From assembly GCA_964016885.1 (NCBI GenBank), contig OZ024744.1, positions 51,832,001-51,896,000 of the forward strand: a DNA stretch of 64,000 nucleotides, read 5' to 3'. A program made the translations under genes and the position numbers. Of this stretch, positions 14,923 to 30,437 are shown piece by piece. Each line of letters begins with the position of its first letter. Position 1 is the first letter of the stretch. The DNA is from Eledone cirrhosa. Lineage: Eukaryota. The notes below the pieces were generated by a model, which saw nothing but the letters and a program-made list of their open reading frames with translations, did no database searches and was not told where the DNA came from.

Positions 14923-15102
14923 AATTGTTTCTACTTTAGGCACAAGGCCAGCAATTACCCAGTGCATTACTGGTACTTTATTTTATCGACCTCGTAAGGA
15001 TGAAAGGCTAAGTCAACCTCGGCGGGATTTGAACTCAGATCGTAAAGGGACGTAACTATGCTGGAAAGCATGGCGTCCGACTCTCTACCGATACTGCCAA
15101 TC
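14923..15102 (-). mobile_element. S1 SINE
   Basis: Reverse complement has TGGCAGTATCGG A box and GAGTTCAAATCCC B box; matches 57105-57299. Confidence 0.85.
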
Positions 15103-15386
15103 TATATATATAGTAATAATAATACATTTGAAGACTAAAATCCAAAGAGGGCTAGCTAAGGATAAATATATATCAAATATATAAGAACCGTAGAGCAAAT
15201 TAATCTGTTATTTTAATAAATATATATAATAATGTCTCATATAAAATAATACAACCAGCTATCCACGAAATACTGATTAGTTAGCACCCCAAACACTAAA
15301 TTGGGATAATACTTAGGTATATCCTAATGTTTGTTGAGTGAGATGGAGTTGGTCGGAGTATCGCTTGAGGCTTTCTCTGTTTATGT

Positions 15387-15491
<105 letters not shown>

Positions 15492-15542
15492 TATATATAT
15501 ATATATATATATAGTTATGTAATAAACAACATAAGATAATTA

Positions 15543-15615
15543 TTTCATTTACCAAAGGTTTCACGAAGACAGACGAGCCTGACACAAACGTCTGACTTCG
15601 GTCGTCAGAATGAAA
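15543..15615 (-). ncRNA. Type I hammerhead ribozyme
   Basis: Minus: TTTCATT-CTGACGA-C CGAAG...CTTCG T-GAA-ACC TTT GGT-A-AATGAAA; 7-bp stem I, stem III ACC/GGT, GUA triplet. Confidence 0.8.
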
Positions 15616-15889
15616 ATTTATTTTAAATGGATGTGAGATATGGACTTCAAAACAAAGTCTAGAACAATTGAAAGCGAGGCTGAAATAAAATAACGGACGT
15701 AATGTAAATGGGAAAATAATAAATATATATGTTCATATACACACATAACTACGCATATAACTATACTCAAACATTCACACATACGTACATGTACGCATAC
15801 ATGTACATACAAACACACACATACATGCACACCCACACCCACACATGTGCACACACTCGCACACATGGACATACACATACCCATAAATA

Positions 15890-16016
<127 letters not shown>

Positions 16017-16024
16017 GTATATAT

Positions 16025-17969
16025 ATATTGTTATATTTGGGGAGGGTCATATTTGCGTAATATTGCCAGAATTAATAACAGAACACACTCACTGTTTGGT
16101 TGGTTTTCGCTTCTCGCAGCATAGCTGGTGATGTTGCCAACCTTTTCATGGTATGGTGGGAAAGGAGACTTAAAGATCTCCTCCTTAATGAAAGCTCCAT
16201 AGACCTCATCATGTACTCTCGTTATGTAGACGATATCAATATAGTTATAAGAACACCCCCACTAGAGAGCACTAACAAGTTTGATTTAGAACGTAGCACG
16301 ATGGAAAGCATCCAGCAGATAGCTAATTCCATACACCAGAGTATAACTGTAACTATAGACTTCCCTTCCAAACACCCTAACAATAGACTACCTGTATTAG
16401 ACACAGAACTCTGGATTAACACTATAGACGAGAGAGCCCAAATTCTCCACTCACACTATGCTAAACCCATGGCCTCCAAATACCTGATACTCAAAAACTC
16501 AGCAATGTCCAGTAGTGCTAAGTTTAATATTCTGATCGCAGATTTGGTACGAGTGATGAAGAATGTGTCCAGCATGTGCGACCCAACAGAAATGGAAGGA
16601 CACATCCAACACTTCATCAACCGCATGCAGTTCTCTGGCTACAACCAAAGAGACAGAGTCAGAGTATACGAAGGAGCCATGGAAAAGTATAAGACCCTCA
16701 TAGAACTGGACATTAAAGGAATTTGCCCACTATACAGGAGCAAATCATGGAATAGCTTAGATAGGGCTAGACATAAGATAGGGAAGGCCACATCATGGTA
16801 CGACAACCAGAGATATCAGAGTGTCATGTTTGTGGACGCCACCCCTGGAGGGAAATTAGCTAACCAGTGTAGAAAGGCCCTGAGAAAGACCCACTTAAAA
16901 ATAAAGGTGGTAGAAAAGCCAGGAACCACCATAAAATCCCTGATCAGTAAAACCTACCCTTTTAAGAAAACCCACTGTACCAATAGGAAATGTATCATAT
17001 GTAAGGTGAACCCCCGGATAAACTGTAAAACTAGAAACGTAGTCTATAGCATAAGATGTACAGAGGGTACTTGCAGAAACACGACAACAACATACATAGG
17101 TGAGACAGCTCGTAGCATAGGTGAAAGGATAGACCAACACTGGGGGGAACTAAAAGGACGAAAAAACGGGTCAGTACTATACGAACATGCTAGACAACAA
17201 CATGACGGTAACATAGACAACATAGAAATTAGAATAATATCTAAACATAGGAATGACCCAGCAGATAGGCAAATCAGAGAGGCCAGTGAAATAGAAATTA
17301 GAAGACCAAAGCTAAACAGAAAGAATGAGTGGAACAACAACAACACCCAAACAAACAACACTGACCTAAGAGAAGTATAAATAAATAAGTAAATTAAATA
17401 AAATAAATAAAATAAGATAAATAAATACATACACAAGCACATAAACACACACTAGTCACCCAGCAGACACAACACTATACACACTAGTCACACATCACAC
17501 ATAACACTATACACACACGCAAACGCATGCGCAAAGAAGACAAAATAAAATAAGATAAACAAACAAGCAAATAAATAAATAAATATATAGACAGACTGAA
17601 CAAAAAAAAAATGGCGTAGACATACAACACAACAGGAGGAACAATGAATATAACACCACTGACGATGTTGCAGATGTGCAACGAAAGATTTATGTAAATT
17701 ATGTAAACTATATATATATGTGTTTGTCTATATTGTATCTGTATTATTTTTGACCGCCGGTCAGTCAATGGCAACATTGAGGACCGAGTAAGTTAGATCG
17801 CAGATATATATATATAAAAGACAGCGAGAAGCGAAAACCAACCAAACAGTGAGTGTGTTCTGTTATTAATTCTGGCAATATTACGCAAATATGACCCTCC
17901 CCAAATATAACAATATCTGTTTCGACACACGATTTCATATAAAAAACCTCGCAAAACTAATTCATCGCC

Positions 17970-17970
<1 letters not shown>
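16025..17970 (+). mobile_element. 5'-truncated Penelope-like element (family F) with inverted 5' pLTR piece
   Basis: RT+GIY-YIG ORF; 16025-16117 is an inverted copy of 17824-17916; HHR core at 17659-17686; (TA)n flanks. Confidence 0.9.
16100..17380 (+). CDS. Penelope-like RT (C-terminal half) + GIY-YIG endonuclease; 5'-truncated but open
   Basis: YSRYVDD, LPVLD, Cys-rich linker CxxxxCxxC, NVVYSIRC...[16 protein letters not shown]...RQIREASEI...LN. Confidence 0.9.
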   Translation: MVFASRSIAGDVANLFMVWWERRLKDLLLNESSIDLIMYSRYVDDINIVIRTPPLESTNKFDLERSTMESIQQIANSIHQSITVTIDFPSKHPNNRLPVLDTELWINTIDERAQILHSHYAKPMASKYLILKNSAMSSSAKFNILIADLVRVMKNVSSMCDPTEMEGHIQHFINRMQFSGYNQRDRVRVYEGAMEKYKTLIELDIKGICPLYRSKSWNSLDRARHKIGKATSWYDNQRYQSVMFVDATPGGKLANQCRKALRKTHLKIKVVEKPGTTIKSLISKTYPFKKTHCTNRKCIICKVNPRINCKTRNVVYSIRCTEGTCRNTTTTYIGETARSIGERIDQHWGELKGRKNGSVLYEHARQQHDGNIDNIEIRIISKHRNDPADRQIREASEIEIRRPKLNRKNEWNNNNTQTNNTDLREV

Positions 17971-18053
<83 letters not shown>

Positions 18054-18142
18054 GTATATATATATATATACACACACGTATACAGTAGCCTATATAGAGC
18101 ACTGTCTTTTCCTTTACCTTTCCTATGGAAACACTTCATATA

Positions 18143-18338
18143 TAACGAAGGAATTGTGGTAAGGAACCAGGTGGACCATAACGCACCAGAGTACTCAATA
18201 CTTTGGTAGTAGAGTGGATAATAGGAAAATGTTCAGGACCCCGACAGCAGAGCTCAAGCCGTTTCGACAGCTATTTCTGGACTCCATAAATAGCCGTCGA
18301 AACAGCTTGAGCCCTGCCGTCGGGGTTAAACATTTTCC

Positions 18339-18340
<2 letters not shown>
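18143..18340 (-). mobile_element. Family D fold-back element
   Basis: Homology to 30147-30341; inverted arms centred ~18283. Confidence 0.75.
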
Positions 18341-18376
<36 letters not shown>

Positions 18377-18514
18377 TATTAAGGATACTATTAAGGATAG
18401 CTATGTATATTTTAAACTATAAACAACTATAAACAGGGAAGGTCAGCAGAAGAAACAATTGTCAGCGGACAAATGTTTTCAACATAGCTTTGATTTGTGA
18501 ATTCAATACATAAT

Positions 18515-19632
<1,118 letters not shown>

Positions 19633-20013
19633 ATATATATATAATCAACGTCTTTCCAACCGTCTATATTTTTTTGCAGACAGAACATATCTAGATTTTA
19701 AAATATGGAATGTATCTTTTCTTTTTAAAAACAAAATGTGATGTTGATTTTATTGTTACTGTTCTCAACTGGCCAGGTTTAACTGGAATGTTATGAGGTT
19801 TCATGTCATGGAAGGATTCTTGCCATATCTTCATTATGTTTTCTCGTGACAGAATGCTGGATTTGAACTCGGTATGGATCAAGGAATGACAGTCAATGTT
19901 GAAACCCGGCCAGATTCGATGCCAGAGCGCTGAAAGGCGGTAAATATATCTCAAAGTATTATCCACGTTCGATGACAATCAAACACTCTCACCAATCCAC
20001 CGCCTGGGGCTGG

Positions 20014-20103
<90 letters not shown>

Positions 20104-20275
20104 CACTTTCTTTATCGACCCTGAAAAGATGAATGGCAGACTTGATCTCTGCTGGATTTGAACAGATCAGGTCCCACCTCATATATGTGTGATACTAGTC
20201 TGAGTATGTATGTATGTATGTATGTATGTATGTATGTATGTATGTATGTATGTATGTATGTATGTATGTATGTAT

Positions 20276-20883
20276 GTCAGGACACCAGCTGGTGCTACTG
20301 GTAACTTGTATCCCAGTACAACCTGTCCCATGGTCGGGTCGTGGGCGACTAAACTGGCAACCCCACCATGGTTTCTTGGTGAGGAGGATGACTTTGGACA
20401 TCCTGCAGGACTAAAAACAAAACTTGTCAAAGAGCAAAGGAGCTCTTAAGAGTAAATGGCCATCCAAAATCACCGGGAGAGATGACCCATTAGCCTTTGT
20501 CAAGGCAGAATTCTAGGAGAAGGATAACTCTGATATAACACCTGCAACCCTGATGGTATCCAATGATGTTGACTTGTTCTTCTTTTTGGTAAATATCATC
20601 TTGGTTAAGAGAGTGGATCTGGCTTTGTGCAGTGCCTTTGCTCTCTATAAAAGCTTCACGGCACAGGCATTGCTTTATATCTGGAGATCTCTCTGCACTT
20701 GTCGTCACATGGTACCATGGGCCCAGCACTATGTCAATAATTGTCACAAGTGTAGTGTTTGAACCAGAGTTTTCAAGTCGCTGGCTGGACTAAAAAGTCA
20801 CACTTGTTCAGCGCATATGTAAGGGTTCTTCTACATGGATATAAAGTAGTGGCCGTACTCGAAAACGAGTTGGCAGCCACCAT
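20276..20883 (+). mobile_element. Family C retroposon, apparently full length, in (TATG)n
   Basis: Starts GTCAGG like the copy at 60370; same 3' end as the other copies. Confidence 0.8.
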
Positions 20884-20947
20884 ATATGTATGTATATTTG
20901 TATGTATGTATGTATGTGGCAATAGCTTATATTGTGTGTGATACAAC

Positions 20948-21000
<53 letters not shown>

Positions 21001-21271
21001 AGAAAGTGTGTATATATTTGGAGATCAACCTATCTTCTATGGTTTATCTAACGTGTATATGGTTGAGTATTCCACAGACAAGAGTACCCTTAATATACTT
21101 CTCAGACAGAATCAATCTGGAGCAATGGGTGACAGAGCTGAGATTTGAATTATAGCTACATTCTTGTATTAAAGTGTAAGTGGTTGAGTATTCCCAAATT
21201 GATTCGTTGTTACATAGTGTGGGACAAGGCTGGACGTTTGAAATAGTTACAAGCCATTCAACAGTTTCATT

Positions 21272-21395
21272 TACCCAATTTCACTGAAAATGGCATGGAT
21301 CAAACCGAAGTTATAGTAAAGACACTTGCCCGAGATGTCACGCAGTGAGATTGAGCGTAGGCCCTTGCATTTATAATTCGAATTTCTTAAACTCA
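21272..21395 (-). mobile_element. Degenerate tRNA-SINE (second family) fragment; related copy ~63065-63200
   Basis: ACCCAATTTCACT...GACACTTGCCC..G.TGTCACGCAGTG.GATTGA shared with 63067-63150. Confidence 0.5.
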
Positions 21396-22169
21396 CCTTC
21401 ATTTTACTTGTAACCATTTTACAGACATAATGTGTCTAGGATTACATCATGCTATAAGTCCTCTTTTGAGGATGGTACAGCATGTGATTTGAAGGAGGCT
21501 TGGTTACTATTTCTAGCAAATCGAGTAAGCCTATTACGTATAGTCTCTCACGCTGGTTTGTGTTTTTGGCTTTATGTGTGTGTCTCTGTATAAGGAATCT
21601 CTCTCTCAATTTATGTGTATGTATGTGTGTGTGTGTGCGTGTGTGTTGTATATTAGACAGCATCTATCTATCTATCTATCTATTTATTCTCTGTCTGTTT
21701 ATCTGTGTCTATCAATCTATCATCACACACATACTTACAAACATACACTTACACACGTACACTTACACTTACACACACACATTGTTCTACCAGACGATAT
21801 AACCTTATATCTGTATATCATTCTCATTGTATGTATGCAAATAAAAACAAATAACTATCTTGCTTTTGGCGTTGTATTTATTTTACAATATATATATTTT
21901 TTGCTTTTGAATTAATTTTCTTTTTCTTTTCTTGGCTTCCAGCTTTGTTGTTGTCGACGTTTCGACCTGTATTTAACTTTCTATCAATATATTGGCTCCA
22001 CTTGAGTTTGGAAACCGTCATCATCACTCTTATATTTGCTCCCATTTACAACTAACCCCCAATAATCAGTCATTTCTAATACCCATCCACTCTCCTTCAT
22101 CTCTTGTCTAATTCTGTCTCACTACCACCCCTTGGACATCGTCTCTTTCTTTCACTACCCCATTGGACA

Positions 22170-22241
<72 letters not shown>

Positions 22242-22680
22242 ACCCCTTTCCTTGGACAATGTCGTCTCTGTCACCTTTGCTGCTGCAATATCCACCCTAA
22301 CCCCGTCTGTTCGCTACCGCCAGTCAATCTGCCGCATAAAACAAGAAAAAAACAGCAACAACATCAGCATCAATAACCACAACAACAATCAGAACAACAA
22401 CAATTATAATAATGATGATTTCATTTATTGGCCACAAGGGCCGACATGTAGGGGACAATAGCAATAATGATTACCATCACCAACAACACCACATCAAGAA
22501 GAACAAAACGATAAAACAATGCACAAACACAGAATAATTAGAGAAGAAGAAGAAGAAGAAGAAGAAGAAGAAGAAGAAGAAGAAGAAGAAGAAGAAGAAG
22601 AAGAAGAAGAAGAAGAAAGAAAGAATGAAAAGAAAGACAAGAAAGAATGAAAAGAAAGACAAGAAGAAAGAAAGAAACGA

Positions 22681-22712
<32 letters not shown>

Positions 22713-23312
22713 AAGAGAGAAGAAGAAGAAGAAGAAGAAGAAGAAGAAGAAGAAGAAGAAGAAGAAGAAGAAGAAGAAGAAGAAGAAGACAAACTGTAGA
22801 AATAGAAAAGAAGGCATGGTAGGAGAAGAGGGAGGAGGAAGGTGAGGAAAAGAAGGCAAACAAAAAATAAAGAAGGAAGCAAAGAGAATGCGAGGAATTG
22901 TGTGAAAAGTGTCTGTCTGTTTGTCGTTCATAAATCCAGTTGAGAAACAGAGAGTCAGCTGTATGACCAATATCTGGCTTGTATCTGTGTGACATGTGAA
23001 GGAGGGAAGGAGAGTTGAAAGAGAGAAAGAGAGAAAGAAAGGTAGAATGGAAGAGAGTAAAGAAAGAGAGAAAGATGAGGGGAATATAAAGGGGGGGGGG
23101 GGGCAAACAAAGAAACAAACATAAAGACAGAAATATGTGGATAAAAACAAAACAAAAAGGAAGGAAAATAAGAAACAAAGAGAAAGAAATATAAGAAAAA
23201 AGGGATAGATAGATAGATAGAGAGAGAGACAAAGAGAGAGAGAGAGAAAGAGAGAGGTAGTGGGATAGGTAGAGATAGATAGAGAGAGAAAGAAGGAGAA
23301 AGTGAGAGAGGC

Positions 23313-23357
<45 letters not shown>

Positions 23358-23944
23358 GGGGAGAGAGAGTGAGAGAGAGTGTGATAGAGTGAAATAGAGA
23401 GAGAGAGGGAGAGAGTGAGAGAGATGGATAGAGAGAGACTGAAAAGTAGAAAGAATAGAAGAAGTAAGAAACAAAGAAAAAGTTGAGAAAAAAAAATGAA
23501 CGAAAGAACGAACAAAATATAAAGAATACACGAAAGAAAAATAAAAAAAAATAATGAAATTGAAAGTCTCCCCTAAACTAGGATCCTTACCCCCCACCGC
23601 TAGAACCTACCCCCAACCGGATCACCCATTCTCCCCCACTCACGCCAAAACATTGAAGAGGAGAAAAGAGACAAGGAAGAATTACTTCGTACGTTGCCCT
23701 CAAAATCCCTACCCCACGTCTCCTTCCTTACCCCTTTCTCTCAATACTGCCATATAACAGCTCCCTCTCTCGCCCTCTTATGCGATGCCCCCCTCTCTGT
23801 CTGTCCTCCAGCCTGTCCCCTCCCCCCTCCAACCTGCCTCCCCCATGCCCTCCATGCAAACACTACCAAATAATAGCTACCGGGGTTGACAACAGTGAAC
23901 CATCTTGAAGACCAAACTAACTGAACCCATCATCACCTGACTGA

Positions 23945-25410
23945 CACACCACCAACACAACCACCACCATCACAACCATCACCACCACTAACAACACCAC
24001 CACCACCACCACCACCACCACCACCACCACACAACCACCACCACCACTACCACCACCACCACCACCACCACCACCACCACCACCACCACCACCACCACCA
24101 ACACCACCACCACCACCACCACCACCAACACCACCACCACCACCACCACCACTACCACCACCACCACTACCAACACCACCACCATCACCACCACCATCAC
24201 CACAACCACCACCACCACTACCAACACCACCACCATCACCACCACAACCACCACCACAACCACCACCACCACCACTACCATCACCACCACCACCACCACC
24301 ACTACCACCACCACCACTACCACCACCACCAACATCACCACCACCACCACCACGACCACCACCACAACCACCACCACCACCACCACTACCAACACCACCA
24401 CCGTCACCACCACCACCACTACCAAACACCACCACCATCACCACCACAACCACCACCACCACTACCAACACCACCACCATCACCACCATCACCACCACCA
24501 CCACCATAACCACCACCACCACTACCACCACCACCACCACCAACACCACCACAACCACCACAACCACCACCACAAACGCCACCACCACTACCAACACCAC
24601 CACCATCACCACCACCACCACCACCACTACCAACACCACCACCATCACCACCACAACCACCACCACAACCACCAACACCACTACCAACACCACCACCATC
24701 ACCACCACCACCACCAGCACCAACAACACCACCATCACCACCACCACCACCACCATCACCACCACAACCACCACCACTATCACTACCACCACCATCACCA
24801 CCACCACTACCACTACTCCACCACCACTGCCACCACAAGCACCACCACCACTACCAAACACCACCACCATCACCACCACAACCACCACCACAACCACCAC
24901 CACCACTGCCAACACCGCCACCATCACCACCATCACCACCATTACCACCACCATAACCACCACCACCACTACCAACACCACCACCAACACCACCACCACC
25001 ACCACAACCACCACAACCACCACCACAAACGCCACCACCACCACTACCAACACCACCACCATCACCACCACCACCACCACTACCAACACCACCACCATCA
25101 CCACCACTACCACCACCACCACTACCACCACCACCACTACCACCGCTACCACCACCACCACTACCACCACTACCACCACCACCACCACCACCACCACTAC
25201 CGCCACCAGCACAATCACCAGCACCTCCAGCACCACCACCAGCACCAAAAACCAGCACCACAACCACCAACACCACCACCACCACTACTACTACCACCAC
25301 CACCACCACCACTACCACCACCACCATCATCACCACCACTACCACCACCATCACCATCACTACTACATCCCCCACTACCACCACCACAACCACCATCATC
25401 ACCGCCTCCA
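23945..25410. repeat. ~1.45 kb imperfect (CCA)n trinucleotide array
   Basis: CCA/CTA/TCA/ACA variants with internal higher-order duplications; produces spurious poly-V/G ORFs. Confidence 0.95.
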
Positions 25411-25474
25411 TTACCCCCCCCCCCCCCCCAACACCATCCCCGCCACCTTTCGGATACTAGTCCTTCATAACAAT

Positions 25475-25511
<37 letters not shown>

Positions 25512-25562
25512 CATACATACATAATTTGAAATGTGGGCGATCAACGCAAATAGCCATAATAA

Positions 25563-25732
25563 TCTACTTTTTGGCACAAGGCCAACAATTAGGCCAGTGT
25601 ATTACTGGTACTTTATTTTATCGACCCCGTAAGGATGAAAGGCGAAGTTAACCTCGGTGGGATTTGAATTCAGACCATAAAGGGCCGTAACTCTTTGCTG
25701 CAAAGCATGGCGCCCGACCCTCTACTGATACT
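25563..25732 (-). mobile_element. S1 SINE
   Basis: Matches the family consensus on the minus strand. Confidence 0.8.
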
Positions 25733-25849
25733 TAAAAGTCGTTCACTATAAATGGTAGCTGAGAAAATCGGGAAGAGTATGTCTGAAGAACAGAAAAGTG
25801 GATAGAGGTGCCTCTATCCATTTCTTTTTGTGTTCTTTGTCAAAATAAA

Positions 25850-26103
25850 CAAAGACAAGATGAAGTAGAAATTAACGACCAGGAAAAAGCGGAGGCACGA
25901 AACAGATAATCATTGAAGAGGTCATAGAAGGTGTGTCAAAAAGAACTTTGATAAACAAACGAATAACGAACAATACAGATGAAGGGACAATTAAATGTTA
26001 CGTGTTTCTTTCAATTGGCAATATTGGGAGCATGACCACCCTCAAATATAACAATATCGTCTTCAACACTCATTTTCCCATCAAGAATCTCGCAGAACTA
26101 ATA
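25850..26103 (+). mobile_element. Old family F Penelope 3' end with decayed HHR (~25908-25955)
   Basis: TCA-TTGAAGA-G GTCATA gaagg TGTGTC-AAAA-AGAACTT-TGATAA parallels the 53720 HHR; 26020-26100 resembles 17875-17960. Confidence 0.55.
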
Positions 26104-26106
26104 TAT

Positions 26107-26657
26107 CTATATATATAAAAGCGAGGATGTGTGTTGTGTGTGTGTTGTGTGTGTGTGTGTGTTTGTGGACAACTTTGGACAGCTCAGGCTTTTACAATTC
26201 CCATCCGAATTTGACCAACATTTCTGTGCACGTTGCACCTGTCGCTAAGATGGTCATATCACAAACATTTTTCAAATCGACCCACGTTGAGCAATAAAAA
26301 AATCGATTGCAAAATTATTTTTTCTAAAGTGCATGATGTAAGGTAGAAAACAATCAAAACACAATCCATATGGGACTTTCCATTCAAACTGTTGGGACCT
26401 ACAACTTTTCAGCTGTAGCTTGCACATTTATTTGTGACTCGCGACAAAATTGTAGGTGTTTATTCTCTGCTCTACACGGCTCTTAAGCGAGCATCGATTT
26501 TCTTCTAAGTCACATGCCTGTGTCAGTAAACCCATAAAAACTAAATGCTTATAGGATTTCCATTCAAACCTAAAATTGCTAATTTTCTTCTTTTACTTCT
26601 TAGCTGTATATTCTTAGCATAATTTCAAACCCCGGACAACGCTGGGTAAATCTGCTA

Positions 26658-26658
<1 letters not shown>
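26107..26658 (+). mobile_element. Helitron-like non-autonomous element
   Basis: 5' A|TCTATATATATAAAA; 3' hairpin CCCGGACAACGCTGGG then CTGCTAG|T (TC...CTAG inserted in AT). Confidence 0.75.
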
Positions 26659-26693
<35 letters not shown>

Positions 26694-26778
26694 GAACTAT
26701 TGACATGATTATAATGAATAAATGTTTTATACACTATCAGTATCTTTTTTTACTGTTATTCTTATCTATCTATCTATG

Positions 26779-26813
<35 letters not shown>

Positions 26814-26854
26814 TTATATATATTTATACAAACACTATAGTTTTTATCACATCG

Positions 26855-26944
26855 CTTTTCTGAAGAGCAGATCGATAATGGATTGAGGTCCATAATTCCT
26901 ATGGGTGATTCTGAGCCAATTCTCTGCGAAACGCACGTTATAAG
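26855..26944 (+). ncRNA. Type I hammerhead ribozyme with long stem II
   Basis: CTTTT-CTGAAGA-GCAGA...TCTGC-GAA-ACG CA CGT-T-ATAAG; followed by a ~125-nt Penelope-like tail. Confidence 0.7.
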
Positions 26945-28401
26945 TAGATACACAATAAGAGTCTAAAAACATGTTTAACGAAACTTCATCGTTTTTAATA
27001 CATGCACTCTGCCGGTGCACAGCTTGGTTGTTTAGTAGCACCATCAGTAATTCACTGACTCACCTTCGCTAATATATACACACATACATAGCTCCGGCCC
27101 TCGGGGGTCTTGATTCTATACACACACGCATACCCCCCCCCCAAACACACACACACACATCCTCGCTTATATATATATATATATATATATATACTAACAC
27201 ACATACATGCTTGCACTCACACGAACACACACATATATGTATGTACATGATGCATGCCCAATGATTATTGAAAGAATCGTACACACTGACATACAGATAA
27301 TCATGCACCTGTGAAATAAATTTTATATAGGTAAACCTAAAGTATAGTTGCCTTTCTCTGAAAGCATGAATGAATGTGAAAAGAACCTGTCACACTCTTC
27401 GCACATTGAAAATAAATTTGTTCATACAGGAGGCAAATGCGCTTGATCTGTTGCCTCCGAAGAGAATGTATAGTAAAACGCTAATTATATCAAACACAAG
27501 TAAGAAATTAATTGAAATGAACATTAAAATTTTGATATGTGCATTTATCAGCGTGATAATGAACTAAAGAATAAACATTTATACAAGACAGAAAAGCTAA
27601 GATAAAATTAAAGTAGTTTATTTATATAATTTATAATCTAAAATGAATTTGTGGCAATCGCACAATTTATTCTCAGTAAACCTTAACAACACGCGTAAAA
27701 AATAGGTAGGTAGTGTGAAAGGTGAATTTACACAGCGATACTTAGTCCATACATCTTCCTTAAGATGATAAGTTTATATAAAAGAATAGAACAAATCATA
27801 TTTGGAGTATTAAAAATGTATAACCGAGAAGACCTTTATTTCACAATAAGGCATATTCATTATGTGTCACCATATCAAGAAATTCCTTCTTATATCTCAA
27901 CCTGAAATATGGACATATACTTAACTATATAGGAAATCTCTCCATTTCCCACTCTCAGTTCATCCCACCATTAGATACCCTGATTTCACTAAACTTCTCA
28001 CCAATATACGTGAGTATCTTTATCTCTCCATGTTCATTCTCATATCACCGAATCGATCAATACTGAGGTATTTATCAGAAGTAATCTGACTATGACTTTA
28101 TATTTCTCTAATCCACTAATAAACATTTCAGTCTCACAAGATCTTATATTAATACAGTCTTTTAAAATATACATCTATATATTTAATACAGCAAGTTTTT
28201 ATTCCGCATCATTACATAACCACACATTTAAAATTTATTTTACCTACGCCATATATAAGAGAAGGAAATCAGCCCCAGTAATGTTTACATGTTCCGAGTT
28301 CTGCCTGTAAAACATTTTAGTCAAAATGTAATACACATTATTCTTTACAACACCCCAATGTATACCACTAAAAGACACACATACATATAGACACACACAC
28401 T

Positions 28402-28497
<96 letters not shown>

Positions 28498-28567
28498 AGT
28501 TATAAACTCAAAATAGTCTTTCACAATTAAATAGCTTAAGGAAGGGAATCTTTCCGAGCCGTGTAAT

Positions 28568-28934
28568 ACAATTGAATATATGAACACTGATACAAGTATA
28601 CATGTGTCCCAATTCGCAAATGACCAAGTTAGCGAGGTTGAAAAATACTAATTTAAAACAATATGGTTTGCCTGTCTCAATTTAAAATAATAAATCAATA
28701 AAAATAACAAACCTATATTGGGCAATCGCCGTTTGATACACGCAACAATTATTGTTTCGCAACAATTATTAAGTGAAAGTCACCATTCCTGTGGTCTTCT
28801 GCGGGTATCCAGGAAATTTGCACCTTTCACTTCAAAAGATCTTTTTTCAACCTAGCTAACTTGGTCATTTGCAATTCGAACACATGTATACTTGTATCAG
28901 TGTTCATCTCTCTCATATATTCAAATATTCAATT

Positions 28935-28937
<3 letters not shown>
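28568..28937. repeat. Inverted repeat (~75-bp arms) in a (TA)n-flanked element
   Basis: ATGAACACTGATACAAGTATACATGTGT...GACCAAGTTAGCGAGGTTGAAAA versus its reverse complement at ~28844-28908. Confidence 0.75.
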
Positions 28938-28976
<39 letters not shown>

Positions 28977-29037
28977 CTCTGCAATGTATTGAGTACCTTA
29001 CTTACTGTGGTTACCTCCGATTCAACCCGGAATAACG

Positions 29038-29923
<886 letters not shown>

Positions 29924-29937
29924 TTAATATATATATT

Positions 29938-30127
29938 AATATAGAAAGGCTTCTACAGGACTAGAACTGTTTCATTCGGGACAAATCATCAGGCTTCCTG
30001 ATGATTTCTCCCGAGTGAAATAGTTCTAGTCTTGTAGAAACCTTTCTATAATAAATATTTATACTCTGCTTTGTATTGAGTACCTTACTTACTGTGGTTA
30101 CCCCCGATTGAACCCGGGATAAACTTA
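29938..30127 (+). mobile_element. Family E fold-back element with complete hammerhead at 29991-30043
   Basis: AGGCTTC-CTGATGA-TTTCTCCCGAGT-GAA-ATAG ttctagtc TTGT-A-GAAACCT; mirror arm 29940-29993; AATAAA downstream. Confidence 0.75.
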
Positions 30128-30146
30128 TATATATATATATATATAT

Positions 30147-30341
30147 AACGAAGGAAATGTGGTAAGGAACCAGGTGGACCATAACGCACCAAAGTACTCA
30201 ATACTTAGGGTAGTAGGGTGGGTAATAGGAACAAGTAGGACCCCGACGGCTGAGCTCAAGCCGTTTCGACGGCTAATTCTGGACTCAGAATTAGCCGTCG
30301 AAACGGCTTGAGCTCAGCCGTCGGGGTCCTACTCGTTCCTA
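30147..30341 (-). mobile_element. Family D fold-back element
   Basis: About 55-bp inverted arms centred ~30283; (TA)n flanks. Confidence 0.8.
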
Positions 30342-30390
30342 TATATATATATAAGTTATAAGAATCAAAGTTCTGTTCAAATCATTTATA

Positions 30391-30437
30391 TGCTTACAAT
30401 TGTTTCCTCCAAACCGAGGTTTGGTTTCTTCGGAGCA
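30391..30437 (-). ncRNA. Minimal type I hammerhead with CCGAAGA core variant
   Basis: Minus: TGCT-CCGAAGA-AA CCAAAC ctcg GTTTGG AG-GAA-ACAATTGT-A-AGCA; related 3' half GAAACAATTGTCAGC at 18452-18466. Confidence 0.6.

Noticed and set aside
23917-25411. Gly/Val-rich 448-aa ORF resembling a structural protein
   Set aside because: Pure (TGG)n repeat with frame switches; no signal peptide or splice context
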